This document shows, in pieces, positions 40,219 to 50,006 of a stretch of DNA of 64,000 bases. The stretch's first letter is position 1. Every line of letters begins with the position of its first letter. The stretch is taken from contig CAWCNY010000007.1 of assembly GCA_963797095.1 (NCBI GenBank), positions 128,001 to 192,000 on the forward strand, given 5' to 3'. Origin of the DNA: an uncultured Chloroflexia bacterium (lineage in GTDB: Bacteria; Chloroflexota; Chloroflexia; QHBQ01; JADMIH01). The translations under genes and the position numbers were made by a program. The notes beneath the pieces were generated by a model. The model saw only the letters and a list, made by a program, of their open reading frames with translations, was not told where the DNA came from and made no database searches.

Positions 40219-42786
40219 ATGAGCATTTTGTCGGGAAAGACCGGGCTTTTCGCATTCCTGGCGCTGGGCCTGGTGGCGCTGGGCGCATTGGTGATAGGGA
40301 CCCTGGCTACGCAAGCCGGGATGCCCGCGAGCGTGCTCAACGGCAATACCACGGGTAAGATAGTGAATGAAGTATTGAAGGACACGGAGAACGGGCAGCA
40401 AACCTCCTTCGTGATACTCCTATCAGACCAGGCGGACCTGTCCAAAGCTTATTCTATGCAGAACCAGGACGCGCGCGGCTGGTACGTCTATAACACCTTG
40501 AAGAGCTATGCCGAGAAGACACAGGCTCCGCTTCGAGCGTTTCTGGCCGCCAGGGGAGTGCCCTACCAGGCGTTCTGGGCCGCCAACATGCTCGTTGTGA
40601 CCGGCGACCGCTCGCTTGTGGAGAGCGTGGCCGCCCGGTCTGATGTGCGCATCATCGAGTCGAACAAGCCTGAGAAGTGGGTTGAGGAGGACAGTGTCGC
40701 CAACCTTTCCGCCGCCCCTCTTTCGCCGGATGCGCCGGAGTGGGGAGTGCAGAACGTCAATGCCCCCGCGCTTTGGGCGCTCGGATATACGGGGCAGGGG
40801 ATCGTGATCGGCAACCAGGATACAGGCATGAGGTGGACTCACCAGGCTCTCAAGCCCCAGTATCGAGGCTGGGATGGGACCACCGCCGACCACAATTACA
40901 ACTGGCACGACTCTATACACTCGGGCGGCGGCATTTGTGGGGCGGACTCGCTTGTGCCTTGCGATGATAGCGGCCACGGCACTCACACCACCGGCACGAC
41001 CGTTGGCTACGATGGCGCAGCCAATCAGGTGGGAGTAGCGCCGGGGGCGAAGTGGATCGGTTGCAGAAACATGGACCAGGGCAACGGCATGCCTTCTACA
41101 TACACCGAATGCTTCCAGTTCTTCATCGCGCCAACCGACCTGAACGGTATGAACCCCAACCCGACCTTGCGCCCATATGTAATGAACGACAGCTGGACCT
41201 GCCCGGCGAGTGAGGGGTGTGCTGCAACCACCTTACAGACCATTGTGGAGAACACCCAGGCGGCAGGCATATTCGTAGAGGCTTCGGCAGGCAACTCCGG
41301 GTCTGGGTGCTCCTCGGTATCCGATCCTCCCGCCATTTATGCGGCTTCCTTCTCGACGGGAGCTATAGATATAAGTAACGCTCTGGCCTCTTTTTCGAGT
41401 AGGGGTCCTGTAACCGCGGATGGCTCGAACAGGCTGAAGCCGGATATCTCGGCACCCGGCGTGAACGTGCGCTCCACCTATTACAGCAATGACAGCTCAT
41501 ACGCTAACCTGAGCGGCACGTCGATGGCAGGACCGCACGTGGTGGGCGTGGTAGCGCTCCTGTGGTCCGCCCGACCCGGTCTTGCCAGGATGATCACCGA
41601 GACGAAGCAGCTATTGACCAGCACGGCCAACCCCGGTGTGACGGTGCCGAACAACGGCGCGGGCTGCGGCGGCACGCCTATCCCGAACAACCACTTCGGC
41701 TACGGCAGGGTGGACGCGCTGGCGGCATATAACGCGTCTGGCGGAGGAACCGCGACGGCGGTTTCTACAAGCACACCTACCAGCACCAACACACCAACCA
41801 CCCAGGCAACTTCCACACGTACTTCAACCGCTACCAACACAGCGGTGTCAACCTCGACCAACACCTCTGTGCCTACCAATACCAACACTGCTGTTACCAA
41901 CACTGCTGTGCCTACCGACACTGCTGTAGCGACCGATACAGCCGCCCCAACCCAGACCCCCGGCGGACCTTCGGCCACACCTGAGCCAAGCGATACAAGC
42001 ACCAGCGTGCCCACCGATACACCTGTGGCAACCGATACTCCCACAGTCCCGGCAGAAGCGACTAACACGCCCACAATGCCTGTGGAAGTAACCAACACCC
42101 CTACAGAGCCAGTTGCCGCAACGGCCACGCCAACAGCATGTAACACCGAGTTCACAGATGTGCCCCCAGGCTCTACCTTCTATGACTACATAAGGTGCAT
42201 GGCATGCCGGGGCATCATCAACGGTTACACCTCAGGCTGTGAGGAGGGTACTCCTTGCTTCAAGCCCAATAACAACGTCACTAGGGGCCAGCTTGCCAAG
42301 ATTGTGGCTAATGCCGCTGGCTTTGACGATACTCCAGGGGACCAGCAGTTCCAGGACGTTGAGCCTGCTTCCACCTTCTTCGCGTTTGTGTGGAGGTTAG
42401 CAGATAGAGATATCATCTCAGGCTATCCATGTGGAGGAGCAGGAGAGCCGTGCGTGGGCCCAGGGAACCTGCCGTACTTCAGGCCCAATGCCAACGTGAC
42501 CAGGGGACAACTGTCCAAGATAGTGTCAGAGGCAGCAGGGTACACAGACCCGGCAGGAGACCAGCAGTTCCAGGACGTACTGCCAGGGTCAACCTTCTAC
42601 GACTGGATATGGAGGCTGACAGACCGGGGTATCATGAACGGGTATGCATGTGGAGGAGTGGGAGAGCCATGTGTAGGACCAGCCAATCTGCCGTACTTCA
42701 GGCCAGGAGCCAATGCGACGAGAGGGCAAGCCTCCAAGATAGTGGCTAACACATTCTTGCCTGATTGCTATACCCCTGCGCGCTAA
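40219..42786 (+). CDS. S8 subtilisin-like peptidase (bacillopeptidase F-like) with Thr/Pro linker and three SLH-like domains
   Basis: DTG, HGTHT.GT and SGTSMAGPH triad motifs; C-terminal F.DV...GY...F.PN..VTRGQ repeats. Confidence 0.92.
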   Translation: MSILSGKTGLFAFLALGLVALGALVIGTLATQAGMPASVLNGNTTGKIVNEVLKDTENGQQTSFVILLSDQADLSKAYSMQNQDARGWYVYNTLKSYAEKTQAPLRAFLAARGVPYQAFWAANMLVVTGDRSLVESVAARSDVRIIESNKPEKWVEEDSVANLSAAPLSPDAPEWGVQNVNAPALWALGYTGQGIVIGNQDTGMRWTHQALKPQYRGWDGTTADHNYNWHDSIHSGGGICGADSLVPCDDSGHGTHTTGTTVGYDGAANQVGVAPGAKWIGCRNMDQGNGMPSTYTECFQFFIAPTDLNGMNPNPTLRPYVMNDSWTCPASEGCAATTLQTIVENTQAAGIFVEASAGNSGSGCSSVSDPPAIYAASFSTGAIDISNALASFSSRGPVTADGSNRLKPDISAPGVNVRSTYYSNDSSYANLSGTSMAGPHVVGVVALLWSARPGLARMITETKQLLTSTANPGVTVPNNGAGCGGTPIPNNHFGYGRVDALAAYNASGGGTATAVSTSTPTSTNTPTTQATSTRTSTATNTAVSTSTNTSVPTNTNTAVTNTAVPTDTAVATDTAAPTQTPGGPSATPEPSDTSTSVPTDTPVATDTPTVPAEATNTPTMPVEVTNTPTEPVAATATPTACNTEFTDVPPGSTFYDYIRCMACRGIINGYTSGCEEGTPCFKPNNNVTRGQLAKIVANAAGFDDTPGDQQFQDVEPASTFFAFVWRLADRDIISGYPCGGAGEPCVGPGNLPYFRPNANVTRGQLSKIVSEAAGYTDPAGDQQFQDVLPGSTFYDWIWRLTDRGIMNGYACGGVGEPCVGPANLPYFRPGANATRGQASKIVANTFLPDCYTPAR

Positions 42787-42810
42787 CCGGCTTAGCCGGC
42801 CGTATGAACA

Positions 42811-42844
42811 AACGGAGGGCATCCTTTATGGAATGCCCTCCGTT
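42811..42844 (+). terminator. intrinsic terminator
   Basis: AACGGAGGGCAT/ATGCCCTCCGTT hairpin. Confidence 0.7.
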
Positions 42845-42879
42845 CGTTGAAACTCGCAGAAAACTGGCTTGAAAAGGTA

Positions 42880-42908
42880 TTGACAAGGGTGCAGGACGGA
42901 TGTATAAT
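42880..42908 (+). promoter_or_regulatory. perfect consensus sigma70 promoter
   Basis: TTGACA (42880-42885), 17-bp spacer, TATAAT (42903-42908). Confidence 0.9.
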
Positions 42909-42914
42909 TTGGTC

Positions 42915-43006
42915 ACCAGAGGCAAACGGACTTCGGTCTGAAAGCCAAAGGGACAGAGATAACCCCAGATGATCCGTCAGGACTGTCTGGGGTTTCTGTT
43001 TGCCTG
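42915..43006 (+). ncRNA. candidate small structured RNA or attenuator
   Basis: cUUCGg-capped hairpin with 3x3 A-rich internal loops, followed by a terminator-like hairpin. No family recognised. Confidence 0.5.
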
Positions 43007-43112
43007 CGTAACCCTCTATCATCTTATGCGTTACACTTGTGGACGCAGGCACCTGAAACGGGCGAGTAATAAGGTCCGCCTTCAGAGACCGCCCTTCCGT
43101 CCTCTCTTTCCT

Positions 43113-45572
43113 ATGAAGATCCCACGATTCATCGTTTTTGCCTTGAGCATTTGCGCCCTGTTAGCAGTGCTGCCTACAGGCAGCGGCTCCTGGGCGCAGG
43201 TTGAGCCCGAGCAGGAGGTATATTTCGCACCAACGGGGCAGTATCTTGATGGCACGTTTCTTGACTACTGGCAATCACATGGCGGGCTGCCTATCTTTGG
43301 GTATCCGCTGACACCAGCCTTCCGCGAGAACGGGCACACGGTACAATATTTCGAGAGGGCACGCTTCGAGTTGCACCCTGAGAACGCGGGCAGCGATTAC
43401 GAGGTGTTGCTTGGGCAGTTAGGATCGGAGAGATTGAAGTCAGAGGGGCGGGCAGTTCCGCCCCCTGACGGCACGCAAGCCGCGCCCGGCGAGGTGCTTT
43501 TCCCCGAAACGGGGTACAAGGTGGGCAGCAAGTTCCTGCAATACTGGCAGGAGCATGGCGGGCTGGCGCAGTTCGGATACCCGGTCAGCCCCGAAACGCG
43601 GGACGAAAGCAGCGGCCTGGCAGTGCAATATTTCGAGAGGGCACGCTTCGAGTTGCACCCTGAGAACGCGGGCAGCGATTATGAGGTGTTGCTGACCCGG
43701 CTAGGTGTCGAGAGAGCCAAAGCGCTAGAGCCTTTGTTGACGGCGCAATGGCCGGGCAACTTGCCGGTGGCGAACTTTCGGTTGGGAGGTGAGTACGGCA
43801 CTCTTCATACGCTGGATGTGGCGGCGGTGCAGAGCGACATTGATGGGGAAGCGGTAGTGCTCGGCGGGGACGATCGGGTTTATGCACGGTATCCATTGAA
43901 AGGCGGGGAAGAGCTAGATTTCACGATAGCGGGGATGTGGGGCGAACAGAGCCTTGTGCTGGAGGTGAGTGGCGAGCCGGTGGCCGCGTTGTGGGGCGCA
44001 TTGAAGACGGTCGGGCCGGTGTGGGGTGTGCAAACGGGCGATCCGACCTGGGATGGGCTGTATGACAAAGTAAAAGGGTTCCTGGAGAAAGACTCTGTAG
44101 ACTATCTAGCGCCGGACGATGAGACCCTTGTGCATGGGTACAGGTCGCCCGATAACATCGCCATCTGGCTGCGCGATCACGTTTACCAGTCGAAGGGATT
44201 TAAGTATTTCGAGCCGGACATGACCAGTACGCTCGACTATTTCAGGTCGACACAGAGGGCGGACGGCAGCTACGACGACTACCTTTACCACACCATAGCC
44301 ACTCCCGTATTCACCGACCAGATCGGGGTGGAGGCAGATCGAGAGTACCTCTTCGTGGAGGGGGTGTGGAGGGCGTGGCAGGCCACGGGAAACGACGATT
44401 GGCTGCGCGAGAACGTGAGCGCGATGGAGCGCGGGATGGAATACCTGTGGACCGATCCCAACAGGTGGTCACTGGAATATGGGCTGATCAAGCGGGCTTT
44501 CACAATTGATACGTGGGATTTCGAGCAAGGGAGCGACCAGGGGAACGTGCGCCGCAATATAGACGACCAGACCAAATGGAGCATCATGCATGGCGACAAC
44601 ACAGGCGCCTACCATGCGGCGACTGTGCTCGCAGCGATAGAGAACTACCTGGGGCGTTATGGCGAAGGCCAGAAATGGCAAAGTCGCGCCCAAAGTCTCA
44701 AAGAGAACCTCAATAAAGTGGCTTGGAACGGCAACTTCTACACGCACCAGATACACCTGACTCCGGTTGATCCCACAGGAGTGGACGAAAGCACGCAACT
44801 GAGCCTGTCAAACGCCTACGCGCTCAACAGGGGCACGCTGTCGCACGAACAGGCGGCGGCCCTCATCAGGACGTACCAGCAGAGGCGCGAGCAGAACCAG
44901 GGGAAGATATTCGCGGAGTGGTACAGCATCGACCCATCATTTCCAACTGGGTTCGGGCCGCAAGGCGAGTACGTGAACGGTGGAGTAATGCCGTTGGTTG
45001 GCGGGGAACTGGCGCGAGGGGCCTTCGACGAGGGGTTTGAGACGTATGGCGCGGATATATTGCGACGTTACTACGCCATGATCGAAAAGGACGGAGGCAC
45101 TTATCTATGGTACTACCCGGACGGTAGGCCGGGCGTCGGCACCGACCAGACGCTCAACACGGACGGATGGGGCTCGTCGGCTATGCTGGCCGCCCTCACT
45201 GAAGGGCTGGCCGGGGTGAACGACGACCAAAAGCTGTTCGAGTCCGTTAGCCTTGCGCCTAAATGGAGCGTGGATTGCGCTCAAAAGAGCAAGGGCTGCT
45301 ATGGGAAAGATCACCGGGTGGGGTTAGAATACCCTGCATCGGGAGCGTTCTTCGCCTACAAAGTGCGCTATGAGGCCGACGGCAGAATAGAGTTGGCCTG
45401 GGGCGGCAGGGAAACAGAGAAAGTGCAGTTGCATTTATTGCTGCCGGAGGGAGCAGCGCCAACCCTGGTAACTGTAAACGGCAGACAGTGGGCGTTCAGC
45501 ATCAGCAGGATCGAAAGTAGTGTGTACCTGGATGCTGCGCTACCGGGGCAGGGGCAACTGGAGATGAAATAA
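43113..45572 (+). CDS. secreted protein with two FPETG modules and a probable (alpha/alpha)6 glycoside hydrolase domain
   Basis: Signal peptide; two surface repeats; IWLRDH, EAD.EY, W.ATG.D.WL, TIDTWDF and GEYVNGG motifs. Confidence 0.75.
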   Translation: MKIPRFIVFALSICALLAVLPTGSGSWAQVEPEQEVYFAPTGQYLDGTFLDYWQSHGGLPIFGYPLTPAFRENGHTVQYFERARFELHPENAGSDYEVLLGQLGSERLKSEGRAVPPPDGTQAAPGEVLFPETGYKVGSKFLQYWQEHGGLAQFGYPVSPETRDESSGLAVQYFERARFELHPENAGSDYEVLLTRLGVERAKALEPLLTAQWPGNLPVANFRLGGEYGTLHTLDVAAVQSDIDGEAVVLGGDDRVYARYPLKGGEELDFTIAGMWGEQSLVLEVSGEPVAALWGALKTVGPVWGVQTGDPTWDGLYDKVKGFLEKDSVDYLAPDDETLVHGYRSPDNIAIWLRDHVYQSKGFKYFEPDMTSTLDYFRSTQRADGSYDDYLYHTIATPVFTDQIGVEADREYLFVEGVWRAWQATGNDDWLRENVSAMERGMEYLWTDPNRWSLEYGLIKRAFTIDTWDFEQGSDQGNVRRNIDDQTKWSIMHGDNTGAYHAATVLAAIENYLGRYGEGQKWQSRAQSLKENLNKVAWNGNFYTHQIHLTPVDPTGVDESTQLSLSNAYALNRGTLSHEQAAALIRTYQQRREQNQGKIFAEWYSIDPSFPTGFGPQGEYVNGGVMPLVGGELARGAFDEGFETYGADILRRYYAMIEKDGGTYLWYYPDGRPGVGTDQTLNTDGWGSSAMLAALTEGLAGVNDDQKLFESVSLAPKWSVDCAQKSKGCYGKDHRVGLEYPASGAFFAYKVRYEADGRIELAWGGRETEKVQLHLLLPEGAAPTLVTVNGRQWAFSISRIESSVYLDAALPGQGQLEMK

Positions 45573-45609
45573 TAAGTAAGCGGGCCGCTCAATGGCCCGC
45601 TTACTTATT
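45571..45609. terminator. bidirectional terminator
   Basis: 16-bp inverted repeat between convergent genes. Confidence 0.8.
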
Positions 45610-45626
45610 TCGAGGGTCACATTCGA

Positions 45627-46709
45627 CTAGAAGTTGGGGTCGCTGAAGAGCGCGATTGTAAGTATCTTGGCGACCTGGCCTCTGGTGGCGGGAGCGTTGG
45701 GCCGGAAGGTCAGGTCGGGATAGCCCGACATGATCTCGGACGACCCGGCGGCCATGGCGTAGGTGTAATACCAGTCGCCCGCTTGCACGTCGTTGAATGT
45801 GGGCATATCAGCGCCAGCGTCGAGGGTCCAACCGCGACCGATATAGACCATCTTGGCGACCTGGGCGCGTGTGACGGGAGCGCCAGGGCGGAAAGTGCCA
45901 TCGGCGTATCCTGTAATCACGCCATGAGCATAGGCGGTTTCGATGTAGCTGTAGCCCCAGAAGTCGGCTGGCACATCGCTAAAGGTGGGGGTGGCGGGCG
46001 TTACGAGAGGCCATTCCATCGAGCCAACCAGCATCTTGGCGAACTGAGCGCGGGTGACGGTGTCGTTGGGGTGGAAAGTGCCGTCCTGGTAGCCGCTGAT
46101 GATGCCCTTATCGTACAGGTACTGCACAGGGCCATCGGCCCAGTTGTCCTCTGCCAGGTCGTTGAAGGGGTGGCGGCGGGTGATGGTGATCAAATAGGCG
46201 GTGGTGGTGAAGGGGCTGGCGGTGTCGGTCGTGCCCCGCACTCGCTCGATGTCTATAGGCAGGAAGGGGCTATCGGGCACATGGACCAGGGCACCGATCT
46301 CGTTAGCGTAGTTGGGCATGGCAAGGGCCAAAGTGGGGGTGACTGCCACGCGCCAGCCAAGCAGGCTGTCGGCGGACATATTGACACTGGTCTCTTCATC
46401 CAGGTGGTTGAAGAGGAGCAGGCCATAGCGGGCGTTCTCGCCGTGGGGGGCGTGGCCGAATTGCACGCGAGGGCGCAGCTTGATCGGCCTGCGGGTGGGG
46501 CTGGCCTCCGGGGTTGATGTGGCTGTGACTTCGCCTGCTGTAGGGGTGGTGGTCTCGTCGCCTTTGGGCGTACCAGCGAGGGCCGACGCGCTCGCGCCGG
46601 TGAAAGAAAGGGCGAGGGCGAAGATCGCCAGGGCTATCAGGGCCAGGGTAAGTAGGGGCGCTACTGTTGACTTACCTTGCTGTTCGGAATGGTTCGGTGT
46701 TTGGGACAT
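45627..46709 (-). CDS. S-layer homology (SLH) domain protein
   Basis: Signal/TM; three SLH repeats (ISGY.DGTF.P..VTRAQ). Confidence 0.9.
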   Translation of the reverse strand: MSQTPNHSEQQGKSTVAPLLTLALIALAIFALALSFTGASASALAGTPKGDETTTPTAGEVTATSTPEASPTRRPIKLRPRVQFGHAPHGENARYGLLLFNHLDEETSVNMSADSLLGWRVAVTPTLALAMPNYANEIGALVHVPDSPFLPIDIERVRGTTDTASPFTTTAYLITITRRHPFNDLAEDNWADGPVQYLYDKGIISGYQDGTFHPNDTVTRAQFAKMLVGSMEWPLVTPATPTFSDVPADFWGYSYIETAYAHGVITGYADGTFRPGAPVTRAQVAKMVYIGRGWTLDAGADMPTFNDVQAGDWYYTYAMAAGSSEIMSGYPDLTFRPNAPATRGQVAKILTIALFSDPNF

Positions 46710-46935
46710 TTGCTTTACCTCCACTTCTCTAAATGCTAAACGTTTGGCTTGCCGTGCCTGGGGCGCTGCTAACAATCTAGCACTGAGGCGCGAAGCGATA
46801 AAGGCAAAAGTGTAAAGGGTTTGTTAGGGGAATGTAAAACGAATGATGAGGTCAGCTTGTCCCAACAGGTGCCTCTGCGTATAATTGATATGTTATCAAC
46901 CAGAATGGGCTTTTTCATGCAGGTAGATTGTACAT

Positions 46936-49161
46936 ATGACAGATATTTCCACAGGCAGTGTTCATGCTTCTCCATCGGGCGAATTGCAGGCCGAGATCGT
47001 GCAGGGTCTCGATGAGGCGGTGCGGTCGCTTGGCTATCCGACGGATAGCCTCGATTTGACTTTGCGGCCTATCCCCCTGGAAGGAGAATGGGGCTTTGGC
47101 TCAACCGTGGCTTTCCAGTTGCGCAAGGTTGGGGCGACAGGCAACCCACTGGAGATCGCGCAGCAGGTAGTGGAGGCGCTACCCCACCTGCCTCAGATCG
47201 CACGCGTTGAGGCGGTCAATGGTTATGTCAACTCATATGTGGATAGAGACTGGTACGCCAACCGGGTGATCGGGCAGGTGCTGACCCAGAAAGAGGAGTA
47301 CGGGTGCTGGCCCAGCAGGGGCGAGCGTGTGATGGTGGAGTACGCCAATCTGAACACGCACAAAACGATGCACGTGGGGCACCTGCGGAACGTGGTGCTT
47401 GGCGAGTCGGTGTACAACATCCTTAAGTGTGCAGGATTCGACACGGTGGGGGCAACCTATATTGGTGATATAGGCTTGCACGTGATGAGAACGCTCTGGT
47501 GCTACATCAACTTCCATAATGGTGAGGAGCCTGAGCAGGACAAAGGTGCGTGGCTTGAGCAAGTATATGTAGAAGCCACTGCGCGCCAGGAATACCGAAG
47601 CGATGTAGTGAAACTGATCACCGAGGCGGCCAGGGTCGATCCCAGTATAGCAGCCCAGTTGTCGAACGTGTTACAGGCGCTGGCCGGGAACAACCCCGAA
47701 GATGCGGCTCTGATAGAGGATATCGATAAAGGGCTGCTAACTAAGGACGGTCCCGACTGGAAGGCGGTGCTCGCAAGCAGCGATTATACAGTGCTCAACC
47801 TGTGGGACGAGTTGGGGCAGCTACTGACCGGGCAAGCGTCCACGCTGGACGAGACCAATAGCGACGGCGGTGAAGTGCAGAGCGCGGCGCAGGCGGAATT
47901 GCGGGCCGATTACGAGAAATTGGACGAGCATCGCGATTGGTGGGAGTACGTGCCGGAATGGAACGCCGATATCAGGCAGATGTTCGCCCGGTGGGAGGCG
48001 CACGACCCCGAACTGGTGGCCCTGTGGGAGAAGACCCGTGGATGGAGCATCGATTTCTTGGAGAGAGTGTTCAGCGACCTGGGAGTGAGCTTCAACGCCT
48101 GGTTCTTCGAGAGCGAGGTGGAAGAATCAGGCAAGCAGGTGGTGGAGGAGTTGATCCGCAAAGGGATCGCCGAGGACCACCGGGCTGAGGGTGAGCCTGT
48201 AATCGTGCGGGTGGATGATCAATTGAGGGCTAACCCTGAGTTGTCCAGGAAGTATGAGAAGGAGCTGTGGAAGATCAACAAAGACGGCACCCGCGAGCCG
48301 AAAGAGGCGTGGCGCGTGCTGGTGGTGTTGCGGTCGGACGGAACCTCGCTCTACGCCACTAAAGACCTGGAGCTGGCGCGACGCAAGTTCAACGACTGGC
48401 ACGTGGACCGTTCGATCTACGTCATAGACAGCAGGCAATCGCTCTATTTCCAGCAGGTGTTCAGAGTGCTTGAGCTATGGGGTTTTAAGCAGGCCGACAA
48501 GGCGTTCCAACTAGCCTACGAGTTCGTGATAACGCCTGAAGGCGCGATTTCGTCCAGGCGAGGCGGCGCGCCCCAGTACGAAGACCTTGAGCGGGAGGCG
48601 TTAAGGCGAGCGCGCTCCATAGTCGACGCAAAAGAAGAGGAGCAACCGCGAGGCCTGAGCAACGAGCAACGGGACGAGATAGCACGGGCTGTAGCCTATG
48701 GCGCGCTCAAGATGGGTATGCTCGACAAGGACAACAACAAACTCATCACGTTCGTGTGGGAGCAGGCGCTGAACCCTGAGAGCCAATCGGCCACCTACGT
48801 GCAGTACTCGCATGCCAGGGCCACACGCGTGCTCGAAAAAGCTCCTGCGGAAGTGCTGCCGCAACCGGGCCAGCACTTCAACTTCAGGGAGCCCAACGTA
48901 TACGAGACGAACCTGCTTGAGCAGATATCCAGGCTGCCCGAAGAGGTGGCGAGGGCCGCCGAGTCGTACAAGCCGGTGATCATCGCAATGTACTGCTTTG
49001 AACTGGCGGATGCGTTCAATAATTTCTACCACAACTGCCGGATATTGAACGCGGGTACGGAAGAAATGATCAGGGCGCGGCTGGCTCTGACCGCTGCGGC
49101 AAAGCAGACGATCGCCAACGCGCTGGGGTTGCTGGGGATCACCGCGCCCGACATGATGTAA
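46936..49161 (+). CDS. argS: arginine--tRNA ligase
   Basis: HVGHLRN (HIGH), GD.G, RSDGTSLYATKDL, YVQYSHAR and FN.FY motifs. Confidence 0.95.
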   Translation: MTDISTGSVHASPSGELQAEIVQGLDEAVRSLGYPTDSLDLTLRPIPLEGEWGFGSTVAFQLRKVGATGNPLEIAQQVVEALPHLPQIARVEAVNGYVNSYVDRDWYANRVIGQVLTQKEEYGCWPSRGERVMVEYANLNTHKTMHVGHLRNVVLGESVYNILKCAGFDTVGATYIGDIGLHVMRTLWCYINFHNGEEPEQDKGAWLEQVYVEATARQEYRSDVVKLITEAARVDPSIAAQLSNVLQALAGNNPEDAALIEDIDKGLLTKDGPDWKAVLASSDYTVLNLWDELGQLLTGQASTLDETNSDGGEVQSAAQAELRADYEKLDEHRDWWEYVPEWNADIRQMFARWEAHDPELVALWEKTRGWSIDFLERVFSDLGVSFNAWFFESEVEESGKQVVEELIRKGIAEDHRAEGEPVIVRVDDQLRANPELSRKYEKELWKINKDGTREPKEAWRVLVVLRSDGTSLYATKDLELARRKFNDWHVDRSIYVIDSRQSLYFQQVFRVLELWGFKQADKAFQLAYEFVITPEGAISSRRGGAPQYEDLEREALRRARSIVDAKEEEQPRGLSNEQRDEIARAVAYGALKMGMLDKDNNKLITFVWEQALNPESQSATYVQYSHARATRVLEKAPAEVLPQPGQHFNFREPNVYETNLLEQISRLPEEVARAAESYKPVIIAMYCFELADAFNNFYHNCRILNAGTEEMIRARLALTAAAKQTIANALGLLGITAPDMM

Positions 49162-49174
49162 TTGCTGTTCGACT

Positions 49175-49960
49175 ATGACCGTAGGTATCCTGCATTTCGA
49201 TAGCTCTGCTCTGGCGGGTGCGACCACCTATAGCATAATCGTGCCTGATGCCCAAAAGGGAGGTCCAGGCCCATACCATGTGCTGTTGCAACTTCACGGG
49301 AGATACGACGATCATCGCGCATGGATCGAGAAGTCGCGAATTATGAGCTATGTCGAGCGCATACCTCTCATTGTGGTGATGCCCTCGGGCGGCAATTTCT
49401 GGTGGAGCAACGTAACCCCTGTCGGTACAACCGACCCAGATCTATCCCTGAATTACGAGAATTACCTCGTCAATGACCTGTGGGCGCACATCAACTCAAC
49501 CTTCCCGGTCCGGGCAGGGGAGCGTTGGGCCATAGGCGGCCTTTCGATGGGCGGGTTCGGCTCGGTACGGCTTGGATTGAAGTACTCTGACCGCTTCTGC
49601 TCGATCTTCGCACATTCCAGCGTCTTCCCGACCGCCGACGAGTTGGAGCGGCTAGTACCACTGATATCACCCGCCGCGCGCGCCGATATGGATTGCTATC
49701 GCCTGGCCGAGGCGCGTACCCCGGTGGACCTGCCGCGCCTGAGTTTTGATTGTGGCGTAGACGATTTCTTGATAGGCAATAACCGCCGGTTCCACGCTCA
49801 TTTGGAGCGGTTGGGATTGCCTCACACATACGCCGAGTATGCAGGCGCGCATACTTGGGATTACTGGGACCTGCATATTCAGGAAGCACTGGCGCAACAC
49901 TGCGAGGTGCTTGGAATTGCTCCTCGACCTGTAGCTTATCCCTCAGAGGTTGATGAATAG
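49175..49960 (+). CDS. putative esterase (alpha/beta hydrolase, FrmB-like family)
   Basis: LHG, AIGGLSMGG, DCG.DD and GAHTWDYW. Confidence 0.85.
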   Translation: MTVGILHFDSSALAGATTYSIIVPDAQKGGPGPYHVLLQLHGRYDDHRAWIEKSRIMSYVERIPLIVVMPSGGNFWWSNVTPVGTTDPDLSLNYENYLVNDLWAHINSTFPVRAGERWAIGGLSMGGFGSVRLGLKYSDRFCSIFAHSSVFPTADELERLVPLISPAARADMDCYRLAEARTPVDLPRLSFDCGVDDFLIGNNRRFHAHLERLGLPHTYAEYAGAHTWDYWDLHIQEALAQHCEVLGIAPRPVAYPSEVDE

Positions 49961-50006
49961 ACCGTTGATAGGCTGAGATCCTTTCAACTCAAGCTTATAA
50001 CCAGTG

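Noticed and set aside
42911-43000. c-di-GMP-I riboswitch (GGCAAAC...GAAA)
   Set aside because: It lacks the GACGCAAAGC junction and tetraloop-receptor stem. The sequence folds better as a UUCG hairpin.
47590-47960. Intein in argS
   Set aside because: No N-terminal Cys/Ser block, no C-terminal His-Asn and no endonuclease motifs.
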